Shown one piece after another: positions 26,951 to 41,300 of a DNA stretch of 64,000 bases. The stretch covers positions 186,001 to 250,000 of the forward strand of contig NW_026862330.1 of assembly GCF_026571515.1 (NCBI RefSeq), in the 5' to 3' direction. This stretch comes from Ruditapes philippinarum. Taxonomy: Eukaryota. Under the pieces are notes generated by a model that saw only the letters and a program-made list of their open reading frames with translations, was not told where the DNA came from and did not search any database. The position numbers and the translations under genes were made by a program. Numbering within the stretch: the first letter of the stretch is position 1; each line of letters starts with the position of its first letter.

Positions 26951-28739
26951 TCCTAGATTAAACATCTGTTGCAATAAAACACATGCGAGTAAATTATTAG
27001 GCAGGTTTTAAAACTGTCCATGTAATAATTTAAACACCTTTCCTTTTTTTCTGGAATGTTTGTATAATGTAAGACTATTTATGTATAATAATTTTGCTAC
27101 CAAAAGCATGTTTTTAGTTTAGATATGCATTTAATAAACTGAGGAAGTATACCTGTTCCGATCATGCTTGTTAAGTTGGCGTTCGCTAGCAGATCATCAG
27201 TTTTGTGTTCGAATCAGCACTCATCTTGAGGTTAATCTTCACATTTATACATAGTAATACATCTATAACACTTAGATTTGAAATCACACACAAAAACTAA
27301 AACAAAAACAAAAAACAAAAAAAACAAAAAAACAAAAAAAACAACAAACAAACAAAGAAACAATAAAAAAAACGTGTACAAATGACATTCAAGGCTATGG
27401 ACACTTTTGTTTTATTTAGTTGATTTTAATTTAGAGAAATGGACTGTACGACATAAGATGAAATTGTGCATATTTCAGGACGTTTCGGTCCCGCATGTGA
27501 TAACTGTAGATGCAAAGCGAATATGGAAGTGATATGTGATCGACCAGCTTGTCCTGCCGTAAAACTTAAATGTGTAGATGCAACGTTTGACAAAGATTGT
27601 AATTATATTTGTCCAAACGGTAAGTATAGCTGACATATGTATGTATAGTTAAAGTGATGTTTCACGTGACTTTGCGTGCAGTTCATATATTATACATTGT
27701 GGAAGTGTTTTTGAAGAAGTTAATGTTATTTGTTTTAATAAATCATTATTAATAATAAAAGCGGTGGCTGAACTGCTCTGGTACATTCAATGTGGTTTAC
27801 TGTCGCGGTCCGGAGTAAAAAATACCACCACCACCACCAGCTAATTGTTAATACTACATGTATTTTTTCTTGTTTAAATTCATCCTAGGTAAAACATGCA
27901 GCCAAGGACCTCATGTCATAAAATACGGAGAGTTCAAGAAGATAGGGAATAAAGTGTGCATGTGCGTTGGATCCGATTGGTACCCTCATGCTTTTTGTGC
28001 TAAACCAATGCAGTTAGGAGACGATTTCAAGAAGTTGATGAGAAGAAGATGTGTTGATAATCCTTCAACATTTCCTACGTGGAAAGAGATAGCAGCACTT
28101 TAGAAATGACATTAAAATGCATTATTTTACATGATCTGATGTGTAAACTTTTTATCTTAAATAGATCATCACAAATATAAACGTATTTGTTTTTCAATTT
28201 AAGCAACCCGTTTGTTTTCATATTCTATAACCATGTAAAGCTTACATGACGTTTTCTTTCTGCTATATGTTTATATATGACCCTAACATACGCCAGAGAG
28301 AAATAAAATTTGGCACGAAATTGTCTAAATCATCGGGAAACATTTCAATACTGAGTGTCTTACTCTCAGAGTGTTCATTACACATTCAATTTAGACATCA
28401 AGGAAGATAACTAGAGCAACAAATTTGTCTAGTCATGATGTATTACTTACCTTTATTATCTATTAAGATAAACACATGTATGAAAGAAATAATCAATTAA
28501 GTTTAATTAAGATGCCTTTTATTTCCGTCCCTGATGAAAGTGGACATTGCGTGTTAATTCAAAACAAACAAAACCGTTAAGGAATTTTATTTTCTTGCTC
28601 AAACAAATAATCATGGTGACAGTCTACCCTGTGTTGTTAATGTTAATAAACAAAACCAATTTCGAAAATTCTAAATGACAAAAGAGAAATATGCTACTAC
28701 GATGACGATGAGAATATGGTGAAGAAGATGTATTATAAC

Positions 28740-29240
28740 TGTTACCCTCCTAAATTTAACTCCAGTTTTCCTGTTAAATTTTTATACTTATCTTGCCAGA
28801 CTTTTAGGCTTATCCTGCACAATTATAACGCTTATCCTGCTGAATTTTAACGCCTTCACTGCAAAATTTGTAAGCTTTCACTGCTAAATGTGTACCATCA
28901 CACTGGTAAAATTTAAATTTAACTCGTTTACGCTGCTGAATATTAACGCTTACTCTACTTGATTTTAACATTTTCAGTGCTGAATCTTTACTATTACTCT
29001 GCTAAATTTCAAAGCTAACATTGCTAAATTTTAACGCTTACACTGCTAAATGTTTACTATCACTCTGGTAAAATTTAAATAAAACACTGTTAAATTTTTA
29101 CAGTTACGCAGCTAAATATTAACGCTTTACTATCACTCCAGTAAAATTTAAATTTAACAATGTTAACGTTATCACCGCTTATTTTTTTTTAATAACCCTA
29201 CTTAACGCTTACACTTCTAATTTTTAACGCTGACCGTGCT
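28740..29240. repeat. Degenerate ~21-bp minisatellite (CACTGCTAAATTTTAACGCTT); counterpart at 43030-43580
   Basis: Direct reading. Confidence 0.75.
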
Positions 29241-29819
29241 AATGGACTTGGCTATTTTCATTTTTTAAATTGTTCTTTATCAGTTATTGGAATATCAGAT
29301 AAACCGGTATAAAAGGTTACACATAACATAATGCCACGATGATTGGCTTTACTTTTTCTGTAACAAATTTGGTCTTTTTTCTTAAAATTACATTAAACAA
29401 AAGAATATTGGACTCTATAGATTTTGTAAATGTAAAGTGGAATCTGTTATAAATCTGTTTCGGTACTGTCCAGCTACAGATGTTTAATGCTTCACATTTT
29501 CAAATAGTACGACAATAATATTTAGAGTTTACTAGATTTGTTCTAGCTTTACGAAAAAGTGAACCAACTGCAATAAATATGCTATTTATTTTCTACAACG
29601 GATGTATTACACCTTTACAGTAAAGGAAATTATATCAAAAGGAAGAAAGGCACAAAAGAAGCAGCCACAGACCCCCAGATTATCGCCCCCCAACTGGATA
29701 ATAAGTATAAAAAGACGATAGTTCATTACTTATGGCGGGGTCACATAGATATGGAATCTATCGAAGCCCCCAAAAAAGCTTACGTTTCAAAAAAAGCTTA
29801 CGTTCTCCCTATATTCAAG

Positions 29820-30130
29820 GTGACGATCAACTACAAGGCTATATCTATCCTGCTTACAATTTCTAAAAAGTATTTGACAGTCACATAGCAAATCGAGTGT
29901 AATCATTATTTATGTAAACAAACATCAATTATTAAACTCAATCAGGGTTAAGGCAGTACCATTTATGTCACACACAGCACTAATTCTGCTTTTAGAATGG
30001 TAAATATGTCAGTACTGTATTTTTAGATCTAGAAAAATCTTTTGATCTTGTTGGACAAGAAATGTGTATTGTATCATTTTTCATTTTACAGATGATAGTG
30101 TTAATCTTTTTAAATCTTTTGATTTTCTAT
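29820..30130 (+). mobile_element. CR1/L2-like reverse transcriptase fragment
   Basis: YKAISILLTISK (cf. YRPISIL) and FLDLEKSFDLV (cf. FLDLxKAFD) motifs, decayed. Confidence 0.55.
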
Positions 30131-30399
30131 AGATTACTGAAAAAAGGAAAGCAACTAATAAGATGAACTCATTCGAGTATTCACAGATGCAAAACAACAT
30201 AAAAAACAAACATTAACAAACACAAACTTGCAAGCACACAGGCACACACGCACCCACATACACAAAATACCTACAAACAATAATTAAAAAATGAAATAAA
30301 ATAAAATCAACAAAAAGAACAATAACAACAACAACAACAACAACAACAATACAAAAAAAACGCAAGTCATATATTTCTTTATTTGTTTTCTTTAGTCTC

Positions 30400-31960
30400 A
30401 TCTTTGCATGTAAACATATGATATATATAAAATATACAATACATAAACATAAAGTACATATACAGTCATTCTAAATAGAATTGCAGGGGACTGTTTATTT
30501 CTTAGGGTGACAACTCAACAGCCAAAAACACAGGACACTGTTTTATGCACTGAAGATTTATCTTCCTAAGCTTCACACATTCCCTACACAACAAAATACT
30601 TGAATTTCACTTTTATATAATATAATACAAGGAAAATCAATAAAAGTATCAATGTTGATAATGTTTAAACTCAAACGAGATGAAATAGGATTTAAGTATA
30701 ATCATATGCTAAAATGCTCCACAGTCAAATTTTTGTTTTAACTTAATAGTATGTGATTAATCAAATCAGAGCACATCTAGATTAACAAGGAAACTTTAAT
30801 AAAACATTGCATATATCACTACAGCCCTACTATAAACAATAGGATAATATGTCACATATAGAAGACAGGGTTTTTATGATTTGTATTGATATAAAACAAG
30901 TTTTCCTTTATTTAGGATGTTAAAGCAGGTTTTGGCGCTTACTTTTGCTATGTCTGCATTAGATAAAATGTATCCAAATTTATCAAAATCGGTTAAATTA
31001 TCAAACCATTATTTAGTCTGTTTACCGATTGAAGTAATTCTAATCTAATTGAATAATAAAGAGGGCAATGTAACAATACATGTGCTTCATTCTCAACTAC
31101 ATTATTACAATGGAAACAGAGTCTTTGTTCTACGTGTATTCCATTATATCTTCCTAGTTCAATGTCTATTGCAGCAGTCTCACTTCAAAATTTTGCAAAG
31201 GCACGTCTGTAAAATATATTATTAACAACTCCAATATAATGTTCTTTTTCAAAATTAGTTATAAAAGTTTTGTATGTACGAAGTTTATTACTGCCTGAAC
31301 CTGATCCCGATGTATCTCGATTTACACCAGTGCTCCCTTTAAGTACATTTTAAGTATACATTTTTTCGAAAATATATATCAATATTACAAAAGCTATCAA
31401 AATCATATTGTCTAAACTTCTGACAGACCATATAATTCCATTTCTTACATCTGTTATTTGACAATCTTTTTGCCCACGTGAAAATTTTCCTATTAAGTCA
31501 ATTAGCACCAATTGAAGTGTATATACATGAATTTGACAAAACAGTTTCCCATAATAAGGACATAATAAGTTTTCAGACAATATCTCTATAAGTGCCTGTA
31601 TTTGGAGTATATCTCCCGACAAAAAGGAACGAGCAGTCCTATTTTGTACTGCATTTATACAAGAAAAAATTTCATAGCCCCAAAAAAGCCGAATCAGTGT
31701 GTAATTACTGGTTAAACAGTAGACTCATAATTTTTTGTAAAAGCTTCATAAGAGGATCCCTCCAAATGCTTTTAAATTAAAATTCATAGACTTTGATACT
31801 GTTTTAGCAGATATTGCATAGTCTAAATGTTGGGCTGAAACAAGTCCCAGATACTTATACTGTTTAACATATTTCAATGATATATCACCAATATTAAAAA
31901 TAAATTTCGATTTAAAACCATTTGACCAATTCCGTTGCAAATTTAATTTTGTACAACTAT
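30400..31960 (-). mobile_element. 3' portion of a decayed non-LTR retrotransposon (CR1-group ORF2 C-terminus and tail); tail also at ~43810-44390
   Basis: YKYLGL, KLRTYK, GRY and RLCFHC...VENEAH motifs on the minus strand, with stops and frameshifts. Confidence 0.65.
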
Positions 31961-32534
31961 GGAGAGTTTTCTTCACATGTTTAAAGATTTAAAGCCCTAA
32001 CCCAAGGAAAATGTCCTGGAGATTTCCGCATGGTTAGGTCATTTTGCGGCGATTTGCTCTTTCTTTTTATAAAGTGTATACATTTCGAGAAAAAAATCAT
32101 TATTTTAGAGCAAAACGTTCTGACAGTGGTCTTCTAACTTCATATAAGTTGAAATCAGTTCTGGTGTGTGTGACAAAAACGCCCTTGAGAGAGCTCGATC
32201 TTGCTGAAATTGATCTCATGTACAGTTAGTCATTACAAAATGAACGCTACGTAATTAAAATAAATCAAGTAGATAGTATAAGTTAAAAGGATCTTCTTTA
32301 CTGCTATATAAGGCTTAAAGGATGACACAGATATTTAACTGAAGGAAAATAATAGCAAATACTCCACGTTCAATAGTCGATATTCGGACCTGCGATTTGT
32401 TCTTTATTTGTTCTTTATTTATATAAAGGCTTAAGAAATTGCGTGAAAAACACATCATGTTCTCGTGTTAACTGTTGAAAAACCATTCGACCAATATCGT
32501 TGCAAATTCGATTTTGTACAACTTTGGAAGGTCA

Positions 32535-32765
32535 ATTCACGATTTCAACTGCACGATTTCAGTTTCGTGAATTCACGATTTCAACTTCACAAATTTACGA
32601 TTTCAACTTTATGAATTCAAGATTTCAACTGAACAAATTCACGATTTCAACTTCACAAATTCAACTCACGATTTCATAATTTTCAACTTCACGAATTGAC
32701 GATGAAGTTGAAATTGTGAATTCAGGGAGTCGAAATCGTGAATTCATGGAGTTAAAATCGTATAT
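32535..32765. repeat. 22-bp minisatellite foldback array, copy 2
   Basis: Same unit and inversion; start is identical to copy 1. Confidence 0.85.
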
Positions 32766-33039
32766 TGGTGAAATGTCCCCTCCGGCCTTTGTAATATTGT
32801 GATAATACTTTGTTATTGTTATTTTTGTGGAAACAGATGATATACTGATATATATATAATTGCAAATCCCATGGGGATGCAGCTCACAGTAAAAACAACA
32901 CATCGTAAGAATTCAACATGTCTGATATCCTACCAATCCAAGACATTTTATTGAAAATTATCAAAAGTATTTATATACAAAGTATTCAAAGAAAGTGTGA
33001 CATACATAAAGTCGGACAAAATTCATCTTTATAACTATT

Positions 33040-33653
33040 TTAGTCACTAAGGCTATCTGAATTGCTCGGCAGCTCACAGCAATAGAATTTGACGTCATTA
33101 AGAGCAGTATCATCTCGCAGTTTCCCGCGGTATTTCTCTACTTTCGTCTGGATTCCACAAATTCCTGATCCTTTAGGACATGTGTCGCTCCATGCGCCCC
33201 ATTTCCCCCAAAAGCCGTGTCCTGGCGGTTTGACCAGTTCGTAGGCATGTCCACAATGACACCGACACTTAAATTTCACGTAGTTGGCTGCTGTGTCGTC
33301 CTTCCATTTTCCCTGTATGAAAACAAATTAAAATCACACTAAAGTAGTCTTAAATAAATATTTTGAATGATGGCTGAAGGGAATAAAACTGTCAGGCTTT
33401 AAATCAGCAATGTGTTAACACTAAACAACTGTGACTTGCTATAAATTCGTTTTCTTCTAATATTTAGAGTGTTTTAATTAATTAAATAATTAATTAGTTT
33501 ATTTATTTGAAAGTACTTTTAATGAAAAAATGAATGTATGCATAAATAAATAAGTAAATAAATATTTAATTAACAATAAATAAATAAATAAATCAATCAA
33601 TAATAAACACATAAAATAGATACTAATAATAAATGAATAAATAAATAAAAAAA

Positions 33654-33688
<35 letters not shown>

Positions 33689-34918
33689 AATGAATGAATG
33701 GATTAAAATGTACCTGAGGTTTTTCTACTTGAAGATCGAACGCGTCAAGGTGTCTGTGCCCGGTACAATTTATTTGTCCTACCCAGGAACCCCATTTGCC
33801 TTGTGTTGAAGTTACTTCACCGATGTATTTTCCTCTCTCATTCGCACAGATTAGTTTGATTGCATTTAATGCAGTGTTGTCGAAGCGTACTTTGGGTTCT
33901 ATCTGGATTTGTAAAGAAGATATATTATTTATTCGTGTTTCAGAAGAAATCAGAAGAAATCATATCATCATGAATAAATTCTTATGCTTACTTTTTACAA
34001 TTATTTTATTTCATTGATTACTAAAAAAAACTGTTCTCACAGGCATAAAATCTGAAAACAATCTATAGATCTTAAACTTGTATGACACATCTTAACTTGT
34101 ACAAATGCATAAATGAAAGTCTAAACGATTACAATGAAGTTCCACCATGACGATTCTAAAGATCGACAAAATTGAAAAAATAATACAGGCTCGGTTTGAT
34201 TGAGCCTGATCATGGACAGAACTGGTAAGTGCAAGCTGCCGTCGACGAACCCTAGTACAGGCTTAAGACGAATTCAACATTTTAAACATGAAAATAGTGA
34301 AATTTTGAATTTAGAAAATTCGCTGATTAGTTCATCAAACCAAAAACTTTATCTTACTTTCATGTCATAGCCAACAGCATACGAATCACCAGGACAGAAC
34401 TCAATCTTCCCCCATGTACCCCAAGGTCCTCCATTCTTTACTGTCAATATCTTGTTCCACAGCCTAGAACTCTCTGTTTAGACAAGAATTTTGGAATTTT
34501 GAAATGTATTCTCAAGTAAGACAAAACATATTTTTTACATAAATAAATAAATAAATAAAATTTATATCACACACGAATTACCTACTTCAGGTTTATATTC
34601 AAATACATTGTACATTTATTTTACGTTTAAATCATACTTTCAATTAAAATAAAAACGCAGCTGAAGAACTAACATGAGTCTTTCTCCTTCAAATAATGAT
34701 AAAAATCCCGATTCGACAATTTAATTACCTGAGCTGTCGCCTGCCTCTGATTCTTCTATAAAGCCGTCTTCACCATCACTAGTGTTACTATCATCATCAG
34801 GTATCTGAAATTCTTCCACATCTTCAGTCTGTTCGAATCCTCTATCTACACCACATAGCGCTCGGCCTACAAGAAAAATAACGGTAAGTAAGAAAATTTC
34901 TCGCATTACGACGCCCAT
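33040..34918 (-). CDS. VMO1: VMO1-domain secreted protein, paralog 3, intact, ~255 aa. Exons 34918-34729, 34473-34358, 33902-33714, 33312-33040
   Basis: GT-AG introns, frame-consistent exon lengths 190/116/189/273. Signal peptide MGVVMREIFLLTVIFLVGRALCG, D/E-rich spacer, three D[DN]TA motifs and WG.WG repeats. AATAAA on the minus strand at 32947-32952. Confidence 0.93.
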
Positions 34919-36199
34919 TTTCTTGAAGATCCTGTGCAAAACTGTAAAGTTACAAGAAGAGTTGACCTTTTAAAAAGGCTTGGGAAACGTATATTAAACC
35001 ATATCCGTTTCACAAATTGTGCGAGGATCATCAAATTTGATATTTTATTGATATATTTATTGATAAACCATATATTGTTTCCGCTATTTATCATATACAC
35101 TCATTTCCTACCATTGTTTGATTTGACACACTTACTACTTGTTATCGGCAGGTCAAAAACTTCAGGATATACATGAAGTAAACTGCTACTAGAGTAATAT
35201 TTCGGTAACATTTACATTCAAAAACTAAATTCATTCTTCTGGGCAGCGTTTCATAGAAAGTCCTAAGTAGTATCCTGAGTCCTAGGCCTTATGCGCAACT
35301 ATTGCACTAATTTAAGACCGTTTCAATAAATATTTTGATCTTTTGTCAATGACTTGGAATTTAGTTAATTTCACCCCCCCCCCTTAGAAAAGATAAGAGT
35401 ACTTTTGAACACATGCTTAAACCCACAGTCTGGTCATGCTCAATAACATGACTATTCAGATACTAAACAGGCATTTACATAGGAATCAAAATTAGGACAT
35501 TTTCTTTGAAGCACTAAACTGTCTCAGTTTCGGTCTAAAGACTAATTTTAGACAAAGGACTTTCCATGAAACGCAACCCGGGGATGACGTTACGTCACTT
35601 CTTCCGTTTTGTCTGAATATATTTATATTTATAATTAATGTCGCTGAAGAAGGTCGAGAGGCCAAAAGCTACGGCAAAATCAAATTGGCGTTTTTAATTT
35701 TATTCTTCTTTAAAATGTTCAAAACGAATACAAAATTGATCATTTAAGTCGAGTCAGTCTCAAGTCTTATCTCTCACTTATGTTAAGCTGTCACACCAGC
35801 AAATACATTCACCATACATTTATATTTACTTTTTAGTCAGATGAAATTGTGATGGATTCATTTGAATTTATTTTAGATTACCTGTCGTGACTAGTTTGGG
35901 TCGTATTGTTAAAAAGAAATGCCTTGGGTGCAGTTGCCTTCGCCGCCTTCTACCGCCAATGAACAATGAGATGGTATAGAAAGACACCTAGGCAAGTCGC
36001 CGCTGATAAGACAAGCAAGAGCGCAGATATTCAATCCAACCGGCCAGATGTAATAATCCTAACTAAAAGTAATTCCAGTAAGTCTACAAAAGTCAACCAA
36101 TCATCCCTATAACTAAGCATTACTTGACCTTGATCTGTCAACGGCGAATACATATCGGGATGGATGATGAAAAGGAAAGATTTTTGGTTTACTTTTATG

Positions 36200-37360
36200 T
36201 ATGACAACTATAGCTCTTGCTGTTTACATGGTAACAACAGCTATTGCTTTATTTATGGTAACAATAGCTGTTGCTTTATTTATGGTAACAATAGCTGTTT
36301 CTTAATAAATGGTAACAATAGACGTTGCTTTATTTGAGGTAACAATAGCCTTTGCTTTATATACAGTTACAATAGTTGTGGATTAATGGTAACAATATAT
36401 GTAGCTAAATCAATGGTGACAATAGCTGTTCCTTAATGTTGTGAAACAATAGCTGTTGCTTAATATATGATAACACTATATGTTGTTTTATATACAGTCA
36501 AGTTATCTGTATGGTAACTATAGCTGTAGTCAGGGAAGACCCGTTGCTAATGTTGAGAGAACTTGTGGGTCAACCCTTTTGCCAAATATGTCATGTCATT
36601 GTATTGTAACTGTATGTATATGTCTTGTTTTTGGCAATAAAATATGTTTAAATCAAAATAACAATAGCTGTTGCTTAATGTTGTGTAACAATAGCTGTTG
36701 CCTAATGTTGTGTAACAATAGCTGTTGCTTAATATATGGTAACAATATCTGTAGTTTTATATACGGTTAAATTAGTTGTTGCTTTAAATATGGCAACAAT
36801 AGCTGTTGCTTATTCTATGGTAACAATATCTGTTGCGTAATCAATGGTAACAATAGCTGTTTCTTAATGTTGTGGAACAATAGCCGTTGCTTAATGTTGT
36901 GTAACAATTGCTGTTGCTTAATGTTGTGTAACAATAGCTGTTGCTTAATGTTGTGTAACAATATCTGTTGCTTAATGTTGTGTAACAATAGCTGTTGCTT
37001 AATGTTGTGTAACAATAGCTGTTGTTTAATGTTGTGTAACAATATCTGTTGCTAAATGTTGTGTAACAATAGCTGTTGCTTTATGCCATGTAACATTAGC
37101 TGGTGCTTAATATGTGGTAACACTATCTGTTGTTTTATATACGGTTACGTTAGTTGTTGCTTTATGTATGGTGACAATAGCTGTTGCTTAATATATGGAA
37201 ACAATAGTTGCTGCTTTATTTATCGTAACAATAGCTGTAGCTTTATATATATGGTACCTATAGCTGTAGTCTTATTTATAGTAAATAATTATTATAGCCT
37301 TTGCTTTATATATGATAACAATAGTTGTAGCTTTATATACGGCAACAATAACTGTTGCTT
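36200..37360. repeat. 27-bp minisatellite, second copy, interrupted at ~36530-36660
   Basis: Same unit; right flank is shared with the first copy. Confidence 0.92.
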
Positions 37361-38322
37361 TAAACATGTTAAGAATAGCCGTGAAGGAGTTTGAACTTTG
37401 ATGTAATTCACATGATCAAACTATAAACTTATGTGGACAATAACAGATAAACTATCGACCGGAAACACATTTGTCGATAATTACTTTTATCCGGACTATT
37501 ATCAAAATTTGTACGATTTCAAAATATTTCATTATAAATCTTAACAACTTTACATAAAGTTATATTTTTCGGTTGCTTTATGACAAACAAACACATGCAA
37601 AATATCAACCCAGTGTGCCTTTTCTTGATGTAACAGTCGTTCCTACTAGCCAATCGAAATGAAAATGCTACCGTTGTAGGTAGTTATTGTTTCCTCGTGT
37701 TGTCCACATGACGCCTGAAATGGGCACTGCGTCACAATAATTATACTGGCTACATGTAGAGTACAGAAATGATTATTTATGGCGCAAACAAAAGCAAAAC
37801 TCCATATGTTAAAATACTGTATAAAAATGTTGCCATCTGTTAATCACAGTGAAACTCTCCCTCTTTTCCGCATAACCTAATTTCATTGTACGGGTATAGA
37901 ATAGCAAATGAAAAAGTGAAATGTCATCAATATCCCATTCTTTTCGAAGTAACCTAGGTAACAGATTGCAGAAATTTGTTTTATTTATGATAACCACAAA
38001 CATGTAATGACAAATTATATTTTAACCCGTAACATAGGATTAGCAAATGGTCATTGTGTGCGACTGGATAAATTACTATATTTATATAATTATTCCTTGT
38101 TTGGAGATACTGAATACAAGTTTATAAAAATATTTAAAAATAGCTTAATCAGTGAAAGTTAATATGTTACAGTTCATATAGTTTGTGAATCCGAAAGAAG
38201 AAAATAATAATCAAATCATCGATTTGTGAGTTACGAAATAACGGGACGATATTAGTTTTGTTATAATCCGAGCAGATTTGAAAAAAGTAGCGTTAAATAA
38301 AAGTGAAAGTTTGGATACTATC

Positions 38323-41300
38323 ATGGATATGTATAAATATATTGTACTTACCTCTGGAATATTTCTGTTTCTTCACGTTGATGTGACGTACACGTTGACG
38401 TTAGGTGATGTGAAGTGTCAGGTAGGCCCGTACCTATATCCTGCAGGTAAGTGACTGAACGATCAACAATTTCCCACTCTGCCGGCCAATCAATAATTTC
38501 TCTGTCTGTCAAATCTGTCAAAAGATCAGCAATTTATCCTTTCCATACATAAAATATTTACTAATCCTTATATACCTAGATGCTGGGACTAAAATGTAAC
38601 TTGTGTATTTTAAATGTTAATATACGGTTATTTCGTTAATGTTTTTATATATGAAAAAAAGAAAGGTAGATTTTTATTAACAGATAGTAAATGTTATGTC
38701 ATTTATAAATGATTAAAATAATTATAAATAGGAATAATATTATTTGGCACTGAATAATCTGTTTATCTAATAAAATGTTGGCTCCGCCTCGGGTGTTTTT
38801 TTCAGTGCTTGAGTTGCTAATATCCACTATTACCCTGAGAGACACGTGTTTATATTTTCATAATAGATCATGCTTTACATATGTCAAGTTGAGTATATCA
38901 TAAATTGTAATCGCTGACTTATATTTCACATACAAATATTCATTTTCATATACAAAATTTGAGAACAAATGACCTGGAAAAGTTCCAGGAATATGCATGT
39001 TTTGTGGTAACTATTTTGTCTCATGTCTTTCCTCTTAAACAATCATTAGTCAAACAAATATATTCTACATAAGCTAAGTATGAAGAAAAACGAAAGTATA
39101 GTACTGAAACATTTAAAAGCAATAATGGAATTATCCTTTCCTTTAAAAAAGGGGAATAAATCAATATTTGATGCAACCGCATTACGTTACACATATAGAA
39201 CAAAAAGTGCGTTAGCGCTATAATTGCATAAAATAATACCTCTAAATCGGTGATTCCGCATTTTGCACAAAGAAACCATTGCTTGCGCCATGCTTTCCAC
39301 GTTCTATTATCAAAACTATAACTGTCAAATGGCATCGCACGAGCACGCGGAAAGCATGACGCAAGCAATGTTTCCTTTGTACGAAAAACAGATTACTAAA
39401 CGCGAAATTACTGATTAAGAGATATACTTTAATGCAAGAACAACAGCGCTAATGCACCTTTTTTCCGTGCATAAACATCTGCAGAAACCCTTGGACTGTA
39501 GGGTCTGGCTTTAAATGTGTCCTCGTGGTTCTGCAGATGTAATTGCACAAAACAAAGCAAGATATATTAACACGCGATTCGATATTGAGGGAGGTCTTGA
39601 TGAATACATTCAATTTTGTATTTGATAATTTGATATGCAACTAGCAATAAATTGTTATTTTTCCAACCTTTTTAGGAGAATTCATGAACCCAGACGATGC
39701 ATGTAGTGTATGTGATTGCATGGAAGATGGTAGCTATAACTGTCGGTCAGTGTGCTCGAAACCACCATGTGGAACTGACCTGTACAGGAATGATACAAAC
39801 TACCCCACGTGTGGTTGTAAAGTGTGTTCGAACATCTGTCAAAATATAAATCCACCGTGTGGAGAGCTCACATGTCCAACATTGAATCATTACTACGAAC
39901 CAAACGAATGTTGCCCTGAATGTCGTTGCTGGTATGAAGGCGTTATGGTCCCAAGAGGTAAATATTCTAAACCTTTTTTTATGAAGAAGGATATCAGAAA
40001 CGTGCTTTATACAAAAGGTGTTCAATTTATTATGAAACACAATCAAAACACTTTATAAGATCTTATTGCTTACAAAAATAAGTGCAAATTGATCAATTTA
40101 TATAAAGTAGTGTATCATACATATACCCATCTCATTTGATTTCAAAATTTAATATACTAAGACCAAAAATAAATGATTTAGTTCAGGGCACTATTTTAAG
40201 ACTTTTGAAGCAAAATATATCCTACAGAAACATTGTGAAATAAGTAAAACAGATGGGATATAATATTTCTGCTGCTTTTGTGTATCGCATTCAACATGGT
40301 AAAGGTGCTTTTCGAAATGACATACACAAAACATGTTAAAGTGATTCTTTTACCAAACGTCGCACAGCAGCTACTGCTGACATCGTACGTAAAATCTGTA
40401 ATATGAATACCTGGTGAAGCCTCTAACACAAAGAGAAATAGCAGCTAAGTGTGTGGTGCCTCTAGGCAATATCAATAGAGTTATAGCCAAACTTCTAAAT
40501 GCAACACTCAGTTCATAGGTTTAGTGAGGCCCAGATTTTGAAAATACGAGCTCGGCCATGGCGTCTTTATCTCGGCCCTAACTGTGAAAAATAGAAAGAT
40601 ATTGTCACCACAGATGAGGCTATGTTTTATGTTGGCGGTAGTTACGGTCGACGTCGTGTTTGCTACGTTCGAAATAAAGAGACAGACCTTCACAAAACAA
40701 AGTTTGTAAAACGAAATACATTTGCACCTGAGTTTATGGTTTTGGCCGGGGTTAGTTGCTTCGGGAAGACATCTCTAATTTTCAAAAATAAAGGGGTAAA
40801 AAATAAATGCAAAATATTACAAAGACGAGCTATTTCTCAAAAAAGATGTTCCGCAATTTTTTCCTGGAACAATGAGTCAAGACTCTTTCTCAACAAACGC
40901 AAAGTGAATTACAAAACACATGCAGAATGGATGCCAAAAAGCCCAGATGCAGCTCCCATGGACTTTAATATCTAGGGTATACTGAAACGCAGGTTACAGA
41001 AACGCAAGATTAATACTATGTCCGTTTTTAAAAGGCTCTCAAAGAAGAATGGAGCAAACGTGAACAGACATGCATAAACCGGACTTTAAAGCTGGCCAAA
41101 AAGGGGTAGAATGATTTACTATTGCCATTGATCCCAGATTAAGCATCTGTTGCACTAAAACACATGCGTGTAAATTATTAGGGAGGTTTTCAAACTGTCT
41201 ATGTAATAAATTGAACACCTTTCCTACATATTTTTTCCTGGAATGTTTGTATAATGTAAGACTATTTATGTATAATAATTTTGGTACCAAAAACATGTTT

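Larger units (their letters stand above)
23775..28103 (+). pseudogene. Secreted VWC-domain (brorin/VWC2-like) gene A, exon-1 donor destroyed. Exons 23775-23898, 25462-25743, 27479-27619, 27889-28103
   Basis: About 14 aa differences from gene B, and all exons are open. After exon 1 the sequence reads GAAAGA instead of GTAAGT; read-through meets TAA 7 codons later. Confidence 0.72.
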
